DNA of 32,000 nucleotides, from positions 90,644 to 122,643 of the forward strand of contig JBBIMK010000002.1 of NCBI GenBank assembly GCA_037444445.1, in the 5' to 3' direction. Source of the stretch: a bacterium. Lineage in GTDB: Bacteria; UBP7; UBA6624; JBBIMK01. Position numbers and translations under genes: made by a program. Below the pieces are notes generated by a model. The model saw only the letters and a list, made by a program, of their open reading frames with translations. It made no database searches and was not told the DNA's origin. Below, piece by piece: positions 26,291-32,000 of this stretch (positions within the stretch are counted from its first letter, which is position 1; the number at the start of each line of letters is the position of its first letter).

Positions 26291-26299
26291 TGATATAAA
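26291..26299 (+). promoter_or_regulatory. candidate extended -10 element (TGATATAAA) for the large hydrolase gene
   Basis: Plus-strand TGATATAAA lies 26 nt upstream of ATG 26326, with AAAGGGG as the SD. Confidence 0.4.
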
Positions 26300-26325
26300 T
26301 CAGGATAGATAAAGGGGTGAAGAAA

Positions 26326-28914
26326 ATGAAAAAAGCCTGGAAAACAAGCAGTTGGCTCAGCATTGGAGTGATTTTCGTCACTTTTGCCAATTTCGGAGGT
26401 CTTCTTCCGACCATTGAGAAGCCTATCATCATTCAGGATTGGTTTGTAATAGGTCCATTTTCCGCCGGTTCACGGGAAGGGTTCGTAGACCCTCTAATGG
26501 AATGGGGTGGGATGGAAAATATCCAGCCGATTGAAGGGCAGGAGCATATGTCCTGGATGGCTACTAATGGAGTCGTGAAATGGGCTAAGGTTCAGGCGAA
26601 AGATGGAAGAGTTACCTACGAATATCCGAATGTAGATTGGGATGCTATTACCGACCAGTGGGGATTTGCAGGAACTATCAACAACGGGTTTGCCTATGGG
26701 GAATTTCAAAGCGACCAGCCACGGCGGGTGCTGGTGTCAGCCCAGGGAGCCGGGAGTATCCTTTTGAATGGTCAGTCCTATCTCTCTGACATCTACGGCC
26801 ATGGCTATGTTCTTTCCCCAGCGGTTTTGAAAGCAGGGGTGAATCGGGTTCTCATCCGTAGTGGCCGCGGAGCAGGCGCTCTGACTTTCACTCTCCAGTT
26901 CCTCCCCGCAGAAACTCCCGTCATGGTGAATGCCAGGGATATTCTTCCACCGGACTTGATAGAAGGTGAAAAAGCCGAAGGCTGGGCAGGCGTCCCTCTC
27001 ATCAATACCACTCCGGAGACGATTGAGGATGCGGTTTTAACTTTCGGCGATGATGATGTTTTTCAAGCAATATCCGTGAATGTTCCACCTCTTCCACCTC
27101 TTTCCGTTATCAAGTTGCCGATATGGGTAAAGACTATTCGTCCTGTCAGGCTGGAAGAAGCAGAGAATCAGATTCTGAAAGTTCCCGTATCTGTCAGGGC
27201 TCACGGGGAAACTCATGAGGTGGATGCAGATGTGCGTGTGAGAAAAGCAGGACAGTCCTATCACATCACCTTCCGTTCCGACACGGATGAATCGGTTCAA
27301 AAATACGCTGTTCTGCCGCCTGAGCATTACGACCCAGCAAAAGAGTATGCTCTTATCCTCAGCCTCCATGGTGCGGGTGTGGATGCAGATGGACTGGTGG
27401 ATGCTTATCAGCCTAAAGATTGGGCTTATGTAGTGGCGGCCACGAATACTCGCCCCTTCGGTTTTGACTGGCAGGATTGGGGCAGGCTGAATGTGCTCCA
27501 AACTTTGAAGGATGTGAAGAGTCGTTTCAAAATTGATGAGGACCGGGTGTATCTCACAGGCCACTCTATGGGCGGGCACGGCACCTGGCATGTAGGATTC
27601 ACTCACCCAGACCTTTTTGCCGCTATCGCTCCATCCGCAGGATGGACTTCCTTTGCCTATTATGTTCCCTTTACGATGCGAAAAGGTTTGCTTTACGCTC
27701 CTCCAACCCTCCACACCATCTGGGAAAAATCTCTCCGGGAGGAAAGCACTCTTTTGTTTGCGGAGAATGCATCTAATATCTCGGTTTTTGCTATAGAGGG
27801 TGGGAAAGATGATGATGTTCCACCTTTTCATCCACGCTGGGTTATAGCAACCCTGCGGGACCTGGGTATTGAAGCCATATATCATGAAGAACCCGGTATG
27901 TCCCACTGGTGGGATGACCCGAAAACCCCGGGAACGGATTGCGTGGACCTGGCAGAATTGATGCAATTCTTCCAGTGGAAAAAAAGAAATCCCTTACCCC
28001 ACCGTGTTGTTTTTCGCACTACAAATCTGGGCACCCTTCACCGTCTCTACTGGGTTCAGATTGACGAAATGGAAATTCCCTACGAGGATACGCATATAGA
28101 AGCTCGCATTCTGGACAACGGTGAAGTGGATGTAACAACGCAGAATGTGGAACAATTTACCCTGCACCTGTCCCGGTTGCTTCCTCCGGGTATCACCCGC
28201 TTCCGCATCAATGGCCAGACTATAGCCACTCCTATTGATGATTCAGGTTCCATCAGTTTTCACAGGGAAAATGGGGGCTTTCAACTGGGCTCCAGAAGCG
28301 GTGCAGGGTTCAGGAAAACCCCTTCTCTTTTCGGTCCCATCAAACAGGCTTATTTCACCCCCTTTATCTTCGTCTACGGCACCGCAGGCACTCCTGTAGA
28401 AACCGACCTCAATCGTAATATGGCGGTGCTGGATGCTCAAATCTGGTGGTGGCGAGCCAACGGGTTCGTTCGCGTGATTAGCGATTCGGATGTGACAGAC
28501 GAAATCATCCAGAAATACAATCTCATCCTTTATGGCAATTCTCAAACTAATGCTATTCTGGCGAAAATACAGGACCGCCTGCCGATATGGGTCACTCCGC
28601 AGGGAGTATCCGTCGGTGAGCAGATGGTATGGGGTGTTGACCTCGCGGCTCGCTTTCTCTACCCGAACCCTTTGAATCCCCAGAAATTCGTTGTGGTTAT
28701 TGCAGGAACGAGCACAAAAGGTATGCGTCTTGCAGGCCTTTCAGGGATGTTCTACTCCGGTGCTGGATTACCCGATTTTATCGTTTATGGCGAGGAGGTG
28801 AAGACCAGAGCGTGGGGGGGATTTTTAGCCGCTGGCTTCTTTGACAATTCCTGGCAAGTTTCCTCTGACCCCCGCCTCACCTACTTCCGCCCACAACACA
28901 GAACTCTTCATTGA
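26326..28914 (+). CDS. secreted or membrane-anchored multidomain alpha/beta-hydrolase (serine esterase/peptidase-like)
   Basis: The track ORF starts at GTG 26317; ATG 26326 has better SD spacing. It has an N-terminal signal/anchor (WLSIGVIFVTFANFGG). The central alpha/beta-hydrolase core shows LILSLHGAG, the nucleophile elbow GHSMGG, then GGKDDDV and MSHWW as Asp/His candidates. The flanking domains of about 330 aa (N-terminal) and 300 aa (C-terminal) were not recognised. Confidence 0.8.
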   Translation: MKKAWKTSSWLSIGVIFVTFANFGGLLPTIEKPIIIQDWFVIGPFSAGSREGFVDPLMEWGGMENIQPIEGQEHMSWMATNGVVKWAKVQAKDGRVTYEYPNVDWDAITDQWGFAGTINNGFAYGEFQSDQPRRVLVSAQGAGSILLNGQSYLSDIYGHGYVLSPAVLKAGVNRVLIRSGRGAGALTFTLQFLPAETPVMVNARDILPPDLIEGEKAEGWAGVPLINTTPETIEDAVLTFGDDDVFQAISVNVPPLPPLSVIKLPIWVKTIRPVRLEEAENQILKVPVSVRAHGETHEVDADVRVRKAGQSYHITFRSDTDESVQKYAVLPPEHYDPAKEYALILSLHGAGVDADGLVDAYQPKDWAYVVAATNTRPFGFDWQDWGRLNVLQTLKDVKSRFKIDEDRVYLTGHSMGGHGTWHVGFTHPDLFAAIAPSAGWTSFAYYVPFTMRKGLLYAPPTLHTIWEKSLREESTLLFAENASNISVFAIEGGKDDDVPPFHPRWVIATLRDLGIEAIYHEEPGMSHWWDDPKTPGTDCVDLAELMQFFQWKKRNPLPHRVVFRTTNLGTLHRLYWVQIDEMEIPYEDTHIEARILDNGEVDVTTQNVEQFTLHLSRLLPPGITRFRINGQTIATPIDDSGSISFHRENGGFQLGSRSGAGFRKTPSLFGPIKQAYFTPFIFVYGTAGTPVETDLNRNMAVLDAQIWWWRANGFVRVISDSDVTDEIIQKYNLILYGNSQTNAILAKIQDRLPIWVTPQGVSVGEQMVWGVDLAARFLYPNPLNPQKFVVVIAGTSTKGMRLAGLSGMFYSGAGLPDFIVYGEEVKTRAWGGFLAAGFFDNSWQVSSDPRLTYFRPQHRTLH

Positions 28915-29336
28915 GTTCTGCTTCGTTTCCTTTCCGGATTGCGAGCTTTCAGGCGATTCCAGATAGCGTCCATCTCTTGCAGGCTCATTTTTTCACCCTC
29001 TCGGTACAGCCCCTTTTCCTTCATAATTTTCAAGACTTCCGAGAAGCGTTTTTGAAATTTCCTGTTGGTGTAAGATAAGCATTTTTCCGGGTCTACACGG
29101 GCGAGACGAGCCACATTGATGACAGCAAAAAGCAAATCGCCCATCTCTTCCCCTACCCTGCTATGGGTTGAACCCCTTTTTTCTCGCAGTGTTTTTCGCA
29201 CCTCCTCTGCTTCTTCCGTAACCTTCTCCAGCGCCTCCATCGGTGCGTTCCAATCAAAACCTCTCTTAGAGGCAGCCTTTTGAAGCTTCAACGCTTCTTG
29301 CAAGGGGTTTCCGGTTTTCGTTTTTCTTTTCTTCAT
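28908..29336 (-). CDS. mazG: MazG-type nucleoside triphosphate pyrophosphohydrolase domain protein
   Basis: FDWNAP, EEAEEV and EEMGDLLFAVINVAR motifs. The track ORF starts at TTG 29351; ATG 29334-29336 is the alternative used here. The 3' end overlaps the convergent hydrolase gene by 7 nt. Confidence 0.8.
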   Translation of the reverse strand: MKKRKTKTGNPLQEALKLQKAASKRGFDWNAPMEALEKVTEEAEEVRKTLREKRGSTHSRVGEEMGDLLFAVINVARLARVDPEKCLSYTNRKFQKRFSEVLKIMKEKGLYREGEKMSLQEMDAIWNRLKARNPERKRSRTQ

Positions 29337-29393
29337 TTTATTCCAGCCCAAGAATGTGCCTTTTCGTTCTGTGGTGATTCTTTCTGACTCCCT

Positions 29394-30047
29394 TCATTGA
29401 ATGACTCCTTCTTCCATTACTTCTCCGCTGGAAAATCTGGAAATTTTCTGAATCATTTCCTGCATAGGACCTGAAAGGACGAAATCGGAGGGTACGTAGA
29501 AAATTACCAGAACTTGAGTGGTTGAGGAAGTGATCCGGGCTCTTTCGCTATCTGCAATCGGAGAGCCGAAAATTCCCTCTGTGTCCACCGCAACGATTCT
29601 GTCACAGGCATTCATGGGACGATTTCCGATAGCCAGGTAGGAATCTTCTGCTTTCCCGATGCGGAGGATTATCGGTGGCTTAAGCGTTTGGAAATCGTGA
29701 AGCCCCAGGGGGGTGAAATATTTTAACTGGATGAAGTTCCCGATGTCTACCACGGTGTTGATTCTTGGGAAAGGGTCGCCACGAAGGACTCTTCTCGCCA
29801 GGGCTTCGGGCGAAGGGCGGTGTTTCGTGGGGTCAATTCCACATCGGCTAAAGAGCCGACGAACTTTTTCAACTGGCGGAAATTCAGATAATTTCTGCCC
29901 CTGGAAGGCAGAACTCGTTTCCTCTATCAATTTTTGAATGACACCTTCCAATTCTGGATTTGTCCCCCGGACGTTCACACCGTTGAAAAGCAAAAACCCC
30001 GCCTGAAACCCCTTTTGACGCAACTCCGGGCTTACCTGAAATTTCAT
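29394..30047 (-). CDS. stand-alone B3/B4 (PheT-like tRNA-binding) domain protein
   Basis: 217 aa. Assigned from remembered resemblance to COG3382-type B3/4 proteins (FSRCGIDPTKHRPSPEALARRVLRGDPFPRINTVVDIGNF). ATGA overlap with the thioesterase gene. Confidence 0.6.
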   Translation of the reverse strand: MKFQVSPELRQKGFQAGFLLFNGVNVRGTNPELEGVIQKLIEETSSAFQGQKLSEFPPVEKVRRLFSRCGIDPTKHRPSPEALARRVLRGDPFPRINTVVDIGNFIQLKYFTPLGLHDFQTLKPPIILRIGKAEDSYLAIGNRPMNACDRIVAVDTEGIFGSPIADSERARITSSTTQVLVIFYVPSDFVLSGPMQEMIQKISRFSSGEVMEEGVIQ

Positions 30048-31054
30048 CCGGATTCCCCTTTCTGTCTATTTAGAATGGATTTTAATTGTCGGCTTCTGGC
30101 AAGTCTTTTTTGCCGTCGCTCCTCAGCTTCTCGGAATCGCTTTTTCTCATCGGTTGTGCGGGGCTCATACGAGGGAACGAAAGTGGGTTTCCCGTTTTCA
30201 TCCAGCGACACGAAAGTGAAGAAAGCCGTGCAGGTATGTCGTTTCTCATTCCTTAACGGATTCTCTGCCAGAACCTTCATTCCCACTTCCATAGAGGTTC
30301 GCCCTGCCCAGTTGAGAGCAGCTTTCACCACCATAATTTCTCCAACCCGGATGGGAGAATAAAAATCCACTGCGTCTATAGAAGCAGTTACATTCACTGC
30401 ATGGGCATACCTCATGCAAAGGATGCCTCCTGTGACATCCAGGGTCATCATTACGCTCCCTGCGTCGGCATAATCCAGATACACGGTATCTTCTGGAAAG
30501 ATTTCTCTTGCCACTTCAATTGAATTGGGGCTGTGAGGCGGAATGATGTCCTCCACATCGGTGGCTTTTTCCATTCGCCGGGCGATTCGCTCCTTTCGGT
30601 CAAAGTATCGTTTTTCTCCAGCCTCATAAAGGGCTTTTTCCCAATCGCCGGATGGAATGATGGGAGGCACTGGCGTGGGACTCCCTTTCTCATCCATCGC
30701 CACAAAAGTCAAGTGTGCAGAACACGGGTACTTGACTGTGCCAGTGGGTGGATGCTCCGCCCTCACCTCCACTCCTACTTCCATAGAAGTTTGTCCCGTA
30801 TATTCTACTTTTGCATTCAGATAAACAATTTCGCCCACTTCCACGGGAGCCAGGAAGTCTAAATCCTCCATAGAAGCCAGAATGACCATGCGGTTAGCAT
30901 GCCTGGATGCAGACATTAGCCCTGCCTCCATCACCCATTTGACCATCCGTCCGCCGTAGAGTTTACCGCGTGGATTGGCGTGCTCAGGAAATACAAATTT
31001 CAACACCTCTACCTGTGAATCCCGCATCTCTTTACCCATTCTAATCCCACCCAT
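30044..31054 (-). CDS. acyl-CoA thioesterase, tandem hotdog domains
   Basis: 336 aa with an internal duplication: FPEHANPRGKLYGGRMVKWVMEAG...FVAMDEKGSPTPVP and a second repeat ending FVSLDENGKPTFVP. This is typical of COG1607 acyl-CoA hydrolases. The start could be ATG 31054 or ATG 31039. Confidence 0.82.
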   Translation of the reverse strand: MGGIRMGKEMRDSQVEVLKFVFPEHANPRGKLYGGRMVKWVMEAGLMSASRHANRMVILASMEDLDFLAPVEVGEIVYLNAKVEYTGQTSMEVGVEVRAEHPPTGTVKYPCSAHLTFVAMDEKGSPTPVPPIIPSGDWEKALYEAGEKRYFDRKERIARRMEKATDVEDIIPPHSPNSIEVAREIFPEDTVYLDYADAGSVMMTLDVTGGILCMRYAHAVNVTASIDAVDFYSPIRVGEIMVVKAALNWAGRTSMEVGMKVLAENPLRNEKRHTCTAFFTFVSLDENGKPTFVPSYEPRTTDEKKRFREAEERRQKRLARSRQLKSILNRQKGESG

Positions 31055-31150
31055 ATCTTACCAATTCTTTCCCATACTTGCATAAGCAGGGAAGAAATAT
31101 CTTCAGCATGAAAAATCTATCTTGTGTATAAGGGGTCTGGGTGAGAGAAT

Positions 31151-31244
31151 CAGCACTCAGCACTCGGTTCCCGGCGCCAACCCGTTCACCCCCCTTCTCT
31201 TATCTCACCACTCACCATTCACTTCTCCCGCCTCCCGCCTCCCG
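31151..31244. repeat. cluster of three different tandem heptamer duplications in a pyrimidine-rich tract
   Basis: CAGCACT x2 (31151-31164), CTCACCA x2 (31204-31217) and CTCCCGC x2.9 (31225-31244). All lie on the plus strand of an intergenic region. Confidence 0.6.
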
Positions 31245-31281
31245 TTTCTCGCCTCATGATTCTTTAAGCCTTTGAACCGAC

Positions 31282-31290
31282 TGATATAAG
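31282..31290 (+). promoter_or_regulatory. candidate extended -10 element (TGATATAAG) for the downstream lipoprotein gene
   Basis: Plus-strand TGATATAAG lies about 130 nt upstream of ATG 31421. It is immediately followed by the first copy of the TCAGAAACTT repeat. Confidence 0.35.
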
Positions 31291-31379
31291 TCAGAAACTT
31301 CGCCTCGCTCACCTGTTTCGTTTCGGAAAGGTTTATTCTCCCACTCGCGTCGGGTAAATGTAATGAAAATCAGAAACTT
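31291..31379 (+). repeat. 10-bp direct repeat TCAGAAACTT (31291-31300 and 31370-31379)
   Basis: Two exact copies 79 bp apart in the leader/promoter region of the lipoprotein gene. Their flanks are also similar (aaGTCAGAAACTTcg versus aaATCAGAAACTTtcg). Confidence 0.5.
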
Positions 31380-31420
31380 TCGTAAAGAAATGAAGTTAAT
31401 TTTAAAGGAGGGAGGAGAAA

Positions 31421-32000
31421 ATGAAGAAATTTTGGGCAGGAATTTGGCCGTTCACTTTCCTCGCCGTGCTGTCCTGCGGGGGCGGGGGAGGTGGGCAATC
31501 GTCGTTCACGAGCCCCGTCTTTGGCGCCCATATTGCCATCAACCCGTCAGTTACGCCGGATACAAATCTCATCCGTGAAATGGGAATACAAACAACAACC
31601 TATTGGATTTATCCTGGGTCCGGAAGTATTTTCAACGTTCCTCAGATAGTCCAGGATGTTGACTTGATAAAGAGTCAGACAGGAGGTCTGGATGTCTTCG
31701 TCCACATCATGCCTCTGTCCAGAAACGAAGCAGCCCAAGGAATATTTCGGTTACCTTCCGATATGAACGCATATCTTCAGAGTATTCAGCAAGTCGCTTC
31801 AGCGCTCAAAAGTAAGGTTAAATATTACAGCATCGGCAACGAGTTCTCAGGTCTTTCTTGGGGAGGGACTGTTGAAGAGTATGGTCTACTTCTTCAGCAA
31901 ACGGGACAGGCTATCAAGAGTGTGGACACGAGTGCAGTTATCTTGGACAGTGGCATGGCAGGTTTAACATTAGTTATGACGATACCAAATGATCTTTACA
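31421..32000 (+). CDS. lipoprotein, possibly a TIM-barrel glycoside-hydrolase-like enzyme (5' part only, runs off the window end)
   Basis: Absent from the ORF track (no stop codon in the window). GGAGGGAGGAG lies 4 nt before the ATG. The translation MKKFWAGIWPFTFLAVLSCGGGGGGQSS has a lipobox-like VLSC followed by a Gly linker. The frame stays open for 193 codons. KYYSIGNEFSG resembles the Asn-Glu acid/base strand of clan GH-A hydrolases, but this is weak. Confidence 0.7.
   Translation, partial: MKKFWAGIWPFTFLAVLSCGGGGGGQSSFTSPVFGAHIAINPSVTPDTNLIREMGIQTTTYWIYPGSGSIFNVPQIVQDVDLIKSQTGGLDVFVHIMPLSRNEAAQGIFRLPSDMNAYLQSIQQVASALKSKVKYYSIGNEFSGLSWGGTVEEYGLLLQQTGQAIKSVDTSAVILDSGMAGLTLVMTIPNDLY

Noticed and set aside
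27037-27966. 309-aa antisense ORF inside the large hydrolase gene
   Set aside because: It is long but shows no SD and no recognisable motif. Its composition is typical of the antisense frame of a real gene, and the sense frame carries clear alpha/beta-hydrolase motifs.
31363-31578. 71-aa ORF from the track upstream of and overlapping the lipoprotein gene
   Set aside because: The frame starting at ATG 31421 has a strong GGAGG-type SD and a lipoprotein signal peptide, and it stays open to the window end. The 71-aa ORF is the wrong frame.
1-32000. CRISPR arrays, IS elements, prophage genes, toxin-antitoxin pairs and known defence genes
   Set aside because: There are no regularly spaced repeats, no transposase, integrase or recombinase-like translation in any listed ORF, and no small paired ORFs of TA type. 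Gene content and spacing look like a core chromosomal region.

Overview
Dense, mostly housekeeping chromosomal segment of a bacterium: 33 protein-coding genes (two cut by the window edges), one tRNA and one tmRNA. I saw no rRNA, CRISPR array, transposase, integrase, phage gene or recognisable defence gene. Layout: citrate synthase (partial, -) and glutamate dehydrogenase (+), divergent. A roughly 8.5-kb same-strand minus array follows: tRNA-Glu, plsX, fabH, fabD, fabG, fabF, etfB, etfA, larB, PAP2 phosphatase. Upstream of it on the same strand are mnmG and P5C dehydrogenase. A plus block holds a hypothetical membrane protein, Mrp/ApbC, a TIGR00725/LOG-like protein, acylphosphatase and an HTH/AT-hook protein. 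A minus block holds smpB, ssrA (tmRNA), murI and rph. Then come an ArsC/LMW-phosphatase-like gene, purL, a 497-aa uncharacterised membrane protein and a nitrilase-family gene (+), a convergent Cys/Met PLP enzyme (-), an 862-aa secreted alpha/beta-hydrolase (+), an acyl-CoA thioesterase, B3/4-domain and MazG operon (-), and a partial lipoprotein (+) at the end. I cannot point to a convincing new multi-gene system. The best candidates are: (1) the membrane, coiled-coil, Mrr-like, TPR-like protein translationally coupled to purL; (2) the tightly coupled LOG-like, acylphosphatase, HTH/AT-hook trio and the 320-nt non-coding gap after it; (3) the fab operon, which lacks acpP and rpmF, starts with a tRNA and runs into a coupled etfBA-larB module. 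Also notable are a recurring extended -10 element (TGATATAAT and variants) upstream of most transcription units, with near-leaderless geometry at smpB and purL, and a tmRNA that appears to encode a very short ANYALAA tag. All calls come from reading the sequence and translations by eye. No database search was run.
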